Positions 1-9,213 of a DNA stretch of 64,000 nt are shown here, in pieces. Positions within the stretch are counted from its first letter, which is position 1. Every line of letters starts with the position of its first letter. The notes under the pieces were generated by a model, which was not told the origin of the DNA, did no database searches, and saw only the letters and a list, made by a program, of their open reading frames with translations. The stretch is from the NCBI GenBank assembly GCA_048405595.1, contig DBFJOT010000052.1:937-64936 (forward strand), read 5' to 3'. Origin of the DNA: Candidatus Onthovivens sp. Its GTDB lineage: Bacteria > Bacillota_I > Bacilli_A > RFN20 > CAG-826. A program made the translations under genes and the position numbers.

Positions 1-35
1 CGAGTTAATGGTTCAATAATCTTTCCGAAGTCCAT
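1..35 (-). CDS. 5' end of an unidentified CDS running off the left edge (MDFGKIIEPLT...)
   Basis: ATG at 35..33 is preceded by a GGGAGG Shine-Dalgarno (reverse complement of 43..48). The frame is open to position 1. Too short to name. Confidence 0.3.
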   Translation of the reverse strand, partial: MDFGKIIEPLT

Positions 36-210
36 GAACCAACCTCCCTTCGACACGTTCTAATTAAATTCTTATATACGACATATGTCAAGAGGTACAC
101 AAAATATTTTTGTTTCGTTTTCAAATGAAAGCGCTTATTTTTATTTTTAAAATGTTCTATTTATATTTTGTTTTCGAAAGAACATTTAAAAGATTGTATA
201 TATTATTAGA

Positions 211-238
211 AAATAAAAAGCACGAAACAATTTCGCGC
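211..238 (-). terminator. Rho-independent terminator after the aldo-keto reductase gene
   Basis: On the minus strand GCGCGAAA-UUG-UUUCGUGC forms an 8-bp stem with one G.U pair, followed by UUUUUAUUUU. It starts 3 nt after the stop at 241. Confidence 0.7.
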
Positions 239-240
239 CT

Positions 241-1083
241 TTAAAAATCAATTTCATCAGGATGTTTATATTTTTTTCCGGTTTCTAATTTGATGAGTCT
301 ATCAATATCTTCTTCTTCAAGTTCAAAATCATTATAAAGTAAATTTTCTTTGATTCTATCGATATTTTTAGACTTAACGATTGGTACAGCTCCTAAATCA
401 ATTATAAATCTGATTAAAATTTGAGCTGGTGTTTTTTTGTATTTTGATGCTAACTCAACAACTAATGGATTAGTTAACAATTCTCCTCTTCCTAGAGGTG
501 ACCAAGCTTCAATAACAATACCTTTATTATTTAAATAATTGATTAAGCCTAAATCAACATGTCCTGGATGTAATTCAATTTGATCAACCATCGGTATAAG
601 TTTAGTTTTTCTAACAATTGAAGAAATATGATGTTTTAAAAAATTACTAACACCAATCGATTTAGCTTTTCCTTCTTTATGTATATCTTCTAATGCTCTC
701 CAAGTATCGTAATTTATATCGTCCCATTCATCACCGAATTGTTTTTCATTTGCCGGCCAATGAATTAATAATAAATCAACATACTCTAAATCTAATTTTT
801 CTAAAGATTTTTTAAAAGCTTTCTTTGCTTTTTCATAACCTCTATTAGTATTCCAGATTTTAGTCGTTACAAAGATTTCTTTTCTTGGGATGCCAGAGTC
901 TTTAATTGCTCTTCCGACTTCCTCTTCATTTCCATAAAATTCAGCAGTATCAATATGACGATACCCTTCTTTTAACGCACTTAAGACCGACTGGTAACAT
1001 TCTTCGTCTTCTTCTAAATACGTTCCACATCCAATTTCTGGTATAAAATCACCAGAAGCTAGTTTTATTTTACGCAGCGACAT
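241..1083 (-). CDS. Aldo/keto reductase (2,5-diketo-D-gluconate reductase / YtbE-YvgN-like)
   Basis: 280 aa. AKR hallmarks are GYRHIDTAEFYGNEEEVG, FVTTKIW and DLLLIHWP. A GGAGG RBS lies upstream of the ATG at 1083. Confidence 0.9.
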   Translation of the reverse strand: MSLRKIKLASGDFIPEIGCGTYLEEDEECYQSVLSALKEGYRHIDTAEFYGNEEEVGRAIKDSGIPRKEIFVTTKIWNTNRGYEKAKKAFKKSLEKLDLEYVDLLLIHWPANEKQFGDEWDDINYDTWRALEDIHKEGKAKSIGVSNFLKHHISSIVRKTKLIPMVDQIELHPGHVDLGLINYLNNKGIVIEAWSPLGRGELLTNPLVVELASKYKKTPAQILIRFIIDLGAVPIVKSKNIDRIKENLLYNDFELEEEDIDRLIKLETGKKYKHPDEIDF

Positions 1084-1210
1084 AATTCCTCCAAAGATAA
1101 TAACATTATAGAGTTTTTTTACACTATAAGAAAGGTATTTTTAATATAAAATTTATCTTCTATTTTTAAATAATTATGTCGATAAAAGTACGATGGCATC
1201 GATGTTTTTT

Positions 1211-1254
1211 TAAAAAACCTAGATTATATGTGTTACACATATTAACTCTAGGTT
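1211..1254 (-). terminator. Terminator after hsp20
   Basis: AACCTAGA...TCTAGGTT outer stem with an inner ATATGTG/CACATAT stem, followed by a U-run on the minus strand. It lies directly after the stop at 1262. Confidence 0.65.
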
Positions 1255-1261
1255 CTTTAAA

Positions 1262-1678
1262 CTATTGAATATCGATATATTTGATTTCTTTATTTTCTTC
1301 TTTAACAGGTTTATTAATTGTGATACCAAGTACACCATCTACTAAAGAAGCGCTAATATCTTTATTTTTTACATCTTCTCCGACATAGAAAGCACGTTTG
1401 AAACTTCCATAATATCTTTCACGATGCAAAATTTTACCCTTTTTATCTTTTTCAACATTTTCATTTTTCTTTTCAATGGAAACATTTAAATAACCATCCT
1501 CTAAAGAAATTTTGACATCTTCTTTTTTAACCGATGGGACTTCGATGCTTAATTTGTAGGCACCTTCATTCTCTTCGATATCAGTTTTCATTACCTCATT
1601 CTTATTTTGACTTTCAAATGGAAAATCGAATAAATCAAAAAATGGATCATAACTGTTTCTTCTAATTATATTACTCAT
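1262..1678 (-). CDS. hsp20: Small heat-shock protein, Hsp20/alpha-crystallin family
   Basis: 138 aa. The alpha-crystallin domain pattern is MKTDIEENEGAYKLSIEVPSVKKEDVKISLEDGYLNVSIEKK...RYYGSFKRAFYV...ASLVDGVLGITI. GGAGG RBS. CIRCE operators lie upstream. Confidence 0.9.
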   Translation of the reverse strand: MSNIIRRNSYDPFFDLFDFPFESQNKNEVMKTDIEENEGAYKLSIEVPSVKKEDVKISLEDGYLNVSIEKKNENVEKDKKGKILHRERYYGSFKRAFYVGEDVKNKDISASLVDGVLGITINKPVKEENKEIKYIDIQ

Positions 1679-1702
1679 AAATGTACCTCCATAAATTCAT
1701 TT

Positions 1703-1729
1703 TTAGCACTCGTTTTTCTTAAGTGCTAA
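1703..1729. promoter_or_regulatory. CIRCE (HrcA operator) proximal copy
   Basis: TTAGCACTC-N9-AAGTGCTAA versus the consensus TTAGCACTC-N9-GAGTGCTAA (1 mismatch). It lies between the putative -10 and the hsp20 RBS. Confidence 0.85.
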
Positions 1730-1733
1730 CTAT

Positions 1734-1761
1734 ATTTTAGAACTTTTTAGCACTCTGTCAA
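1734..1761 (-). promoter_or_regulatory. Putative sigma-A promoter of hsp20
   Basis: On the minus strand: TTGACA (1761..1756), 16-nt spacer, TAAAAT (1739..1734). The -35 lies inside the distal CIRCE copy. Confidence 0.6.
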
Positions 1762-1773
1762 TAAGTCTGCTAA
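1747..1773. promoter_or_regulatory. CIRCE-like element, distal degenerate copy
   Basis: TTAGCACTC-N9-GTCTGCTAA. The left arm is perfect and the right arm has 2 mismatches. Confidence 0.6.
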
Positions 1774-1867
1774 TATTTTAGTTTGATTTAAGCTAGGGTT
1801 TTTTAAATAAGTAATTAAAAAACCACCTCTCATTGCATTTAAATTACTTAGGTGGTTGCCTTTAGAT

Positions 1868-2209
1868 TTATTCTTTATCTTTATTTTTTAATGATGCTTC
1901 TAATTCTCTAGAACGAATGGCGTCTAATTCATCTTGATGAAGAACTTTATTAAATTCATTTTCGAATTTTCGTTTTACATCTTCTTGAGACTTTTGTTTG
2001 TTTATATAATTTGCTTTTTTAAGTAAAAAATATCCAAAGAAAAATATAACAAGTCCTAAAACTACCATTCCAAGAGAAATATAGTTCATGTATTCAGGAC
2101 CATCTTGTAATGCCGCTGGCAAAAATAAAAATATAACCATTATTGTTAAGCTGATAGCGGTCAATATTGATCCGAATATATAATAAAAACCTGGTTTTTT
2201 ATTCTTCAT
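1868..2209 (-). CDS. Small membrane protein, unknown function
   Basis: 113 aa with two predicted TM helices and a charged C-terminal tail. AAAGGAAA RBS. Confidence 0.6.
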   Translation of the reverse strand: MKNKKPGFYYIFGSILTAISLTIMVIFLFLPAALQDGPEYMNYISLGMVVLGLVIFFFGYFLLKKANYINKQKSQEDVKRKFENEFNKVLHQDELDAIRSRELEASLKNKDKE

Positions 2210-2228
2210 TAATGATTTCCTTTAAATA

Positions 2229-2672
2229 TTACCACTTATCTTTAGCGTCAAAATAGTCGTTAATAAGTTGGTTTAATAAAAACTCTCTAACCTCTTTTTC
2301 TGTTAATCCATCAATATAATTTTTATAAGAAGCACGAACTCTTTCATATTCTTGTAAGTACTCTTCTTCATTTTCTTCATCATGATATGCATATAAATCT
2401 TTATTAGCTTTTAATGCTTCTTGAGGATAAGCTTCGAAATATGTGGCAACAACGTGTTTACAAATTATCTTTCTTCCTTCTCCGTGTGGGCAAGTACATG
2501 TTGATTCTTTTAAGTGTAATGGATCTAAATGGACATGATAATCCATAACTCCTCTGACTGTTGAATCAAAAGTTCCATCTTCATTGCGTTTTAAATTTGA
2601 AACGCGTTCTTCATTATAGTATTCAAGCCCCTTCCATAATGAATTAAAACTTGCAAGTTTTTTGATACTCAT
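2229..2672 (-). CDS. SWIM zinc-finger domain protein
   Basis: 147 aa. The CxC-x(n)-CxH pattern STCTCPHGEGRKIICKHVVA is typical of SWIM fingers. GAAAGGTG RBS. Confidence 0.65.
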   Translation of the reverse strand: MSIKKLASFNSLWKGLEYYNEERVSNLKRNEDGTFDSTVRGVMDYHVHLDPLHLKESTCTCPHGEGRKIICKHVVATYFEAYPQEALKANKDLYAYHDEENEEEYLQEYERVRASYKNYIDGLTEKEVREFLLNQLINDYFDAKDKW

Positions 2673-2797
2673 ATTCGCACCTTTCTATGAAAAAGTCTTA
2701 ACTTTTTGAAAATTATTAATATTCTTTAAGACTCATAAATTTATTATAAGTCTTAAAACTAAACTTTAAAACAAACTCTTAATAATTATCTAACAAT

Positions 2798-4564
2798 TTA
2801 GTTATTATTAAACTGAAGTTCATAAAGTTTATAATAATGTCCTTTATTTTTTAATAATTCTTGATGAGTTCCTTTTTCAAGAACTTCGCCATTTTGAAGG
2901 ACGATAATTTGGTCGCTGTGTTGAATTGTTGAAAGTCTATGCGCAACAATAAGCATCGTTCCAATATTTTTAATTTTAGATAATGAATCTTGAATCAAAG
3001 CTTCAGTTTCAGTATCAATATTTGCAGTAGCTTCATCTAAAATTAAAATTTGAGGTTTTGCTAATACAGTTCTAGCAAAAGAAAGAAGTTGTCTTTGTCC
3101 ACTTGAGAAATTTTCGCCTCTTTCAATGACTTGTTCGTCGAGTTTTTTATCTAATTTATTAATAAAACTTGAAGCGTTAACGTAATCACATACTTTCATT
3201 ATTTCTTCATCACTATATTTTTCATCATCATATAAAGTAATGTTAGTTCTAATGCTTCCGCTAAATAAGAAAACATCTTGTAGCATTTGTCCGATTGCTT
3301 TTCTTAATGAAGTAATTTTTATGCGAGTTATATCGATGTCATCGATTAAAATTTGCCCTTTTTGAATTTCATAGTTTCTAACAATTAAACTCAAAATCGT
3401 AGTTTTTCCAGCGCCTGTTGCCCCAACGAATGCACAAGTTTCTTTTGGGTTAACAACAAAAGATACATCTTTTAATATCCAATCTTCGTTTTCGTATGCA
3501 AACCATACATTTTTAAACTCAATTTTACCTTTGAAACTATCAATTTCAATAGCATCTTTTCTATCGATAACATCAGGTTTAACATCAAGTAAGTTGAATA
3601 AGCGTTCACTTGCTGTAAATGCTCTTTGAATATGATTAAGTTGATCAGCTAAATTTTGGACAGGATTGAAGAATCTAGAAAGTAATAAATAGAAAGCGAC
3701 AATATCTCCGCTTGCTAATCCAAATGTGATACCAAAATAGAAAGTTAAAGCAATCGCACCAAAATAAATAAATGTAATTAATGGTCTATAAATGCCAAAA
3801 GCTAAAACAACTTTGTATCTAGCTTTTCTAAGTCTTTCATTCTTTTCATTGAATTCTTCAGATTTTCTAATTTCCTGATTGAAAATTTGAATAAGTTTCA
3901 TACCACTTATATTTTCATTTAAGTAAGTATTTAAATCGGAAATATATTCTCTTTCTTTTCTAAAAATTTTACTAACGATTCTACTAAAAACATAAGAAAT
4001 AATGAAAACTACTACTACAACCGCTGTTAAAATAAGACTTAATTTAGGAGAAATTATACACATTGTTGTATAAACAGCAATAATCGTTAAAACATTTCTA
4101 ATAACATTTACTAAAACATTAGTAAATAAATCGCTCATTGAAGAAGTATAATTACAGACTCTAGTGACTAAACTTCCTACAGGCATGTCATTGAATTGGT
4201 TGATTGACATATTTTCAATATGTTCAAATACTTCCATTCTTAAATTGTAGATAATTCTTTGACCAGATTTCTGTAAAATCATCGATTCAATGAACAAAAA
4301 TAATTGGTTAATAAGACTTAAAATAAAGTAACCAACTACAGCTATGATAATGATAGTTAAACTAATATTTTCACTTTTTAAATTATTAACAACTTCACTA
4401 ACGATTAATGGCAATAAAACATCAAGTGCAACATTAATAGCAATTAAAAATAACGCCAAAGCAAAATGCCAAATTTCTGGTTTTACATAATGAAATGTTC
4501 TTTTTATCATGACTGAAAAAGGTATTTTTTTATGTCCCATTAATAAATCTTTTTGGTCACTCAT
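2798..4564 (-). CDS. ABC exporter, fused permease/ATPase (heterodimer partner B, multidrug/lipid-type)
   Basis: Six-TM domain followed by Walker A GATGAGKTT, signature FSSGQRQ and Walker B ILILDEAT. The start was moved to MSDQKD (ATG 4564), which has GAAGGAGGT 8 nt upstream. The ORF-track start is 4582. Confidence 0.9.
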   Translation of the reverse strand: MSDQKDLLMGHKKIPFSVMIKRTFHYVKPEIWHFALALFLIAINVALDVLLPLIVSEVVNNLKSENISLTIIIIAVVGYFILSLINQLFLFIESMILQKSGQRIIYNLRMEVFEHIENMSINQFNDMPVGSLVTRVCNYTSSMSDLFTNVLVNVIRNVLTIIAVYTTMCIISPKLSLILTAVVVVVFIISYVFSRIVSKIFRKEREYISDLNTYLNENISGMKLIQIFNQEIRKSEEFNEKNERLRKARYKVVLAFGIYRPLITFIYFGAIALTFYFGITFGLASGDIVAFYLLLSRFFNPVQNLADQLNHIQRAFTASERLFNLLDVKPDVIDRKDAIEIDSFKGKIEFKNVWFAYENEDWILKDVSFVVNPKETCAFVGATGAGKTTILSLIVRNYEIQKGQILIDDIDITRIKITSLRKAIGQMLQDVFLFSGSIRTNITLYDDEKYSDEEIMKVCDYVNASSFINKLDKKLDEQVIERGENFSSGQRQLLSFARTVLAKPQILILDEATANIDTETEALIQDSLSKIKNIGTMLIVAHRLSTIQHSDQIIVLQNGEVLEKGTHQELLKNKGHYYKLYELQFNNN

Positions 4565-4565
4565 T

Positions 4566-6359
4566 TTATTTACCTCCTTCAACTTCTTTTTCTAACTCTT
4601 GAAGATAAACCATCTTTTGGTACGTTGGTGAAACTTTTAATAATTCTTTATGCGTTCCAAAGCCTTCAACGTTTCCGTTATTTAACACCAAGATTTTATC
4701 TAGAGATTGAACAGTAGAAATACGGCTAGCAACAACAAGTGTTGTCATATTTTTTCTATTTTCTTTAATATGAGAAAGGATAGTTTCTTCGGTTTTAATA
4801 TCAACCGCTGAAACACTATCATCCATAATCATGATAGGACTTTCTTTAATATAAGCTCTAGCAATTGAAATACGTTGCTTTTGTCCGCCACTTAAAGTCA
4901 CACCTCTTTCGCCTGAAATCGTATCATATCCATCTTTAAAATTAACAATGTTGCTATCAACATCAGCAAATATTGCAGCATTTTTAATATTTTCAAATGG
5001 TAAATCCTTATTAGAGAAAGCAATGTTATTTCTTAATTTATCGCTAAATAAAAAGTTATCTTGAGGAACATAAGCAATTACATTTCTAAGCGAAGCAATT
5101 TCACAATCCATGATATCAATTCCATCAATAAATATTTTTCCTTTTGGTATATTATAAAGTCTAAGCAAAGAATTTACTAAAGTCGTTTTGCCGCTACCAA
5201 TCTTTCCAACAATACCAACGGTTTCTCCTTTATTAATTTTAATTGAAACATTTGATAATGAATTATCTTGTCCATCTGGATAAGAGAAGGAAAAATCTTT
5301 AAACTCAATCTCTCCTTTTATTCCTTTTAATATAATAGGATCTTTTATGTTATGAATTTCTTCTTCTTGATCAAGAAACGAAGTAACTCTTCGTAAAGAA
5401 GTTTTAGCTCTACTTCTCATTGTGAAGATTTGGCCCAAAGCCATCATTGGCCAAATAAGTAAATCAAAATAGCCAATAAAAGTGACTAATTCACCAGCAG
5501 TAAATTCAATTTCATATCCGAAAATATTTACTGGTGTACCGGTTGTGAAAGAATAGACGAACCAACCACCAAACCCTAAAATGATCGCTGTAATTAAAGC
5601 GATAATAACCGAAATAAGAACATCAAATAAAACAGATAAACGTACAAAATCGACGTTTACATCTTTATTTTTACGTGCAATTTTAGCAAAAGCATGAAGT
5701 TGTTGAGTTTCCTTAACAAAAGCTTTAATAACTCTAATGCCTGTAAAATTTTCTTGAGCAAAATCGTATAACTTATCAGTTTCCTTTTGTCTTAACTCCC
5801 ATTTCATTTGCATATGTTTTTCTACCATTGCTCCCCATAAAATAATTAATAAAATAGGAATAAGAGCAATTAAAGTTAAAACCCAGTCGGAAATAAACAT
5901 CTTAACTAAGACAAAAATAGATAAGAATCCAGCATCTACTAATTGAACAGTGCCCCAACCAAAATATTCTTCGATGGTTTCTAAGTCAGTAGTAAACCAG
6001 TTCATAATATTTCCAACTTTAGTTTCGTGATAATATCTTTGCGATAATCTTTCGGCCTTAAGAAACATTTCATGTCTTAAGCTAGCTTCAATACCGGTTG
6101 AGGCACGAAAAATAGATAATCTCCAAACAACTCTGCCTATGAACATTCCAAAAGCAACGCCTATAACATAAATAACAATGTTATAAATTTCTTGTTCATG
6201 ACCTGCTACAGTTCCATTATCAAAAAAATCAATAATTTCACCTAAGAATTCAGGTATAAAAAGTTGTAAAACATCAACAAAAATCAACATCAAAACGCCT
6301 GTCGCAAAGTAGGCGAAGTATTTTGCGTAATATTTATTAATATATTTCCCGAATAACAT
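4566..6359 (-). CDS. ABC exporter, fused permease/ATPase (heterodimer partner A)
   Basis: Walker A GKIGSGKTT, signature LSGGQKQR and Walker B IMIMDDS. The likely start is MLFGKYINKY (6359). The longest ORF begins with TTG at 6419. Confidence 0.85.
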   Translation of the reverse strand: MLFGKYINKYYAKYFAYFATGVLMLIFVDVLQLFIPEFLGEIIDFFDNGTVAGHEQEIYNIVIYVIGVAFGMFIGRVVWRLSIFRASTGIEASLRHEMFLKAERLSQRYYHETKVGNIMNWFTTDLETIEEYFGWGTVQLVDAGFLSIFVLVKMFISDWVLTLIALIPILLIILWGAMVEKHMQMKWELRQKETDKLYDFAQENFTGIRVIKAFVKETQQLHAFAKIARKNKDVNVDFVRLSVLFDVLISVIIALITAIILGFGGWFVYSFTTGTPVNIFGYEIEFTAGELVTFIGYFDLLIWPMMALGQIFTMRSRAKTSLRRVTSFLDQEEEIHNIKDPIILKGIKGEIEFKDFSFSYPDGQDNSLSNVSIKINKGETVGIVGKIGSGKTTLVNSLLRLYNIPKGKIFIDGIDIMDCEIASLRNVIAYVPQDNFLFSDKLRNNIAFSNKDLPFENIKNAAIFADVDSNIVNFKDGYDTISGERGVTLSGGQKQRISIARAYIKESPIMIMDDSVSAVDIKTEETILSHIKENRKNMTTLVVASRISTVQSLDKILVLNNGNVEGFGTHKELLKVSPTYQKMVYLQELEKEVEGGK

Positions 6360-6725
6360 AACAAACCATTCCCTTTCAAAATAACGTTTCAATAATAACA
6401 TAGGAATTATTTTTATCAACCAAATATTCCTTATGATTTTCCTTTTTTAACGCTAGAAAAATAAATTATCATCAACATATTTATATTGACTTGTACAAAT
6501 AGCAAAAATAACACTCTTTAAGGTGCTCAAAAAAATAGTTGTAAGATTAATAAATTAAGTTTTTTAAAATTTTGCCTCGTATGTATCAACGGTCAGTCAA
6601 TCGGTACTAGTGGTATAAATATATTTTGTTGATGAAGAATTGCTAGTTAACGGTGTTCTATTCCATATATCACTTTTAGCAGAATATAAATATCCAACGA
6701 GCAATTATTTTCCGTATTATACATA

Positions 6726-7061
6726 TCATTTGTTTCTTGTTAAAAGTTCTTCTTCTAATTCGTTTCTTGCATCATTGTAAAAAGACAAAATATCATCATC
6801 TAAGCGGTTAAATATTTTTAGTTGATTTTCTTTTGCGTATTCTATGCCTCCAAGATATCCACTTCCACAGTCTTGTCTTATATTAGAAATTATATAAAAA
6901 TATCCTTTCTTAAGTAGAATCTTTTTTTGAAAAAAAGAAATATGCTCAAAATTTTCTACATATCCAAAAATTATATATAAAGGTTCCTCATTAAAATCGA
7001 ATGGTTTTATAAATGATCCGCTTTCTCGATAAATAACCGGATCTCCTATTTTATAACGCAT
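6726..7061 (-). CDS. Hypothetical cytoplasmic protein (possible immunity/antidote partner of the upstream decayed gene)
   Basis: 111-aa intact ORF. The ATG is 10 nt after the upstream stop and has a TAAGGG RBS. No recognisable motif. Confidence 0.5.
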   Translation of the reverse strand: MRYKIGDPVIYRESGSFIKPFDFNEEPLYIIFGYVENFEHISFFQKKILLKKGYFYIISNIRQDCGSGYLGGIEYAKENQLKIFNRLDDDILSFYNDARNELEEELLTRNK

Positions 7062-7071
7062 AGCCGTACCC

Positions 7072-8137
7072 TTAAGGATTTACTGGATACCTTTCTGTTG
7101 TACCATCAGCTAATTTTATAAACATAGGACCAAAGAAAGAATGAGCATTATGGATAGCTCCTTTTTTAACGTCATAATATCCGAATGTCCCATCCTTAAG
7201 TTTCTGATACTCAAAAACATGATAATGATTAAAACCATTTATAGTATATTTTTCAGTTTCTAAAAATTTATGATATCCGATTTGATAAGGTTTTCCTAAT
7301 TCATTTAAAATAGTGCTTTCTAATAATTTTGTTCCATTAATCATTAATTCTCTTGCTTTATTATTATACCAAGTGTACGTACTCACACCTAAATCATAAA
7401 CGTTATTATCCTTAATAAAATCAGTAGGCACTAGTTCTTAATAAGCCCAATAAGAAATATAATATTTTTTATCTTCAGAATCATAATACTTCTTAACGTT
7501 TTTCATTAATACAGCCAAATCATTTACTCTTCTTAATAAATCAAGAAAAATCGTTGCCGCCCCTGTTTTGATGACCTTAGAAACCCGGGTAATATCCCTT
7601 TCTCCTATCTTTTCTCTTCCAGCTACTTTTGATTCTTCTCCTTTTGCAACAGCATCATCGAAACAAGAATTTATTAAGTTAGAAAAAGTACTAAATGATC
7701 ACAAAACCAATTTTTAATATCTCTAATTATAGAACTTATAACATCCCAATTTTCAACAATAATCATTGTTAATGCAATGAGAGCACCAACCGCAAGAGCT
7801 ACAGCTAACGGCCAGCCCAGAAGTAGAATCAAACTAGTCGATACTGCCGTTGTTAAAGTAGATATTGAAGCAGTAAAAGCCGTAATTGCGCTTTGTCCTG
7901 ACCCAGCATTAGCTAAAATAGTTATAATACCTGTCGTTGCAACTGCTGTATTTTTTGTTGAATATCAACACTCATAATTCCGATATCAGGTGGTAAAATT
8001 GGATTCGTAGGAGTTATTGGAATTATCGGATTTACCGGAATGTTTGTGTGATTGTATTTCAAATTAGGTTCTAGATTTGTGTATTTAATACTATTGAGAG
8101 ATACATATCTATCAAAATTGTAATCTCTTTTTTGCAA
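7072..8137 (-). pseudogene. Multiply disrupted gene of unknown family; the last fragment is track ORF 7072..7431
   Basis: Four consecutive minus-strand coding fragments. The ORF at 8137..7922 continues in the -1 frame after an A6 tract (...TKNTAVATTGIITILANAGSGQ...IVENWDVISSIIRDIKNWF). There is a second -1 shift near a T5 tract (...FDDAVAKGEESKVAGREKIGERD...YYISYWAY). An in-frame TAA then lies directly before VPTDFIKDNN.... Confidence 0.55.
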
Positions 8138-8178
8138 CTCTATATATTTTAAGTTTTGTTCATAAGTTAATGAGGATT

Positions 8179-8511
8179 CTAATTTTTTTGATATTCAAAC
8201 ATTACATCATGATATTTAGGTGGCACATAATTAAAATCAAAATTTGGCAAATTTACATTTTCTTTATCAATAACATTTAAAGCTGTGATATTAATATAAT
8301 CATCAAATTGTGATTTATAATCTTGAATAGCTAGTTCAAAAATAACATTAAGATCAGTTATCTCTACTTCAGAATTAAATGCTCTTTTTAGAGTAACATT
8401 GATTTTATCTTTTGCGCATCTAATTTGATTAGCGACTGCGCTTTCTCTAAAGCAAAAAGATACACAAATTATACCACTAAATAAAAAGGTGATTATGCTA
8501 TTGAATTTCAT
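8179..8511 (-). CDS. Small secreted or anchored hypothetical protein
   Basis: 110 aa with an N-terminal hydrophobic signal-like segment, MKFNSIITFLFSGIICVSFCF. Confidence 0.45.
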   Translation of the reverse strand: MKFNSIITFLFSGIICVSFCFRESAVANQIRCAKDKINVTLKRAFNSEVEITDLNVIFELAIQDYKSQFDDYINITALNVIDKENVNLPNFDFNYVPPKYHDVMFEYQKN

Positions 8512-8589
8512 ATTAGACTCAAATAATTATTGACTTCTTTGTAGCATAAGATATTTTGAAATTGCAAAGGCTAATATATTTATGTAGGT

Positions 8590-9071
8590 GTAGGCTGCGG
8601 ACGTTTATTTGTATGCATCAGTTTTTATAAATTTAAATCACCAGTGACTATTAAGCCCAAACACAATTTTTATACCTTAAAAAAAGCATTTAATAAATTT
8701 ATAAATGTAATTCGTGACACATCTGATTCATTAATGTTGAATCTTTTATTTTATTATGGGCTGTATGTGGAGAATTAAGAAGTTTGAAAGTTTCTGACTT
8801 TAAAAAAATAGAATCTCAATTGAAAGAGAATTATCAGATAAAGGCAGATTTGGAGGTCAAGCAACTTTTGATGCCAAAATTTTTTTCGATTCATTATTAA
8901 ACTTATGTTTCAAACATTAAAGAATTATTTAATAAAGTTAATTTATTATAAAATTTAGTTCCAAAAAACATAACAAGTTGGCTTAGTCATTCTTCTCTTG
9001 ATATAACATTAAGAGTTTATGCTCATCTTTTACCAGCAAGTAAAGAAGCCGTAAAAAATGTCATCTATTAG
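8590..9071 (+). pseudogene. Tyrosine recombinase (phage-type integrase) remnant
   Basis: The fragments read KHNFYTLKKAFNKFINVIRDTSDSLMLNLLFYYGL, then a frameshift at the box-I Arg codon, then CGELRSLKVSDF, then further stops. The C-terminal piece is WLSHSSLDITLRVYAHLLP..., matching the LGHSS-x-TL-x-YaH catalytic-Tyr motif. The HxxR region is missing. Confidence 0.75.
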
Positions 9072-9088
9072 AATTTTTTATAATTTGT

Positions 9089-9136
9089 GGTTCGACTGAA
9101 GGTTCGAACATTTACGTTTGCAATTAAGGGTCGAAC
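9089..9136. repeat. Three GGTTCGAAC-like 8-9-mers between the integrase remnant and tRNA-Glu
   Basis: GGTTCGAC at 9089..9096, GGTTCGAAC at 9101..9109 and GGGTCGAAC at 9128..9136. The core matches the tRNA T-arm sequence TTCGAACC. Confidence 0.6.
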
Positions 9137-9180
9137 TTTGTTCTAATACAGCTGATACAAATTTTAAGGGTATAAAAAAG

Positions 9181-9202
9181 AAAAACCTCGATAGAATCGA
9201 GG
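9181..9202 (-). terminator. Terminator of the tRNA-Asn/tRNA-Glu unit
   Basis: Minus strand CCUCGA-uucua-UCGAGG followed by UUUUU, 12 nt after the tRNA-Glu 3' end. Confidence 0.75.
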
Positions 9203-9213
9203 ATATTTGCAAA

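Noticed and set aside
126-139. cre-like sequence TGAAAGCGCTTATT
   Set aside because: The left half is perfect but the right half misses the conserved CA. It is too weak to call, unlike the perfect site at 45534..45547.
7777-7977. 66-aa Ala/Val-rich plus-strand ORF
   Set aside because: It is antisense to the hydrophobic fragment of the decayed minus-strand gene. The minus-strand reading continues the neighbouring fragments and is more plausible.
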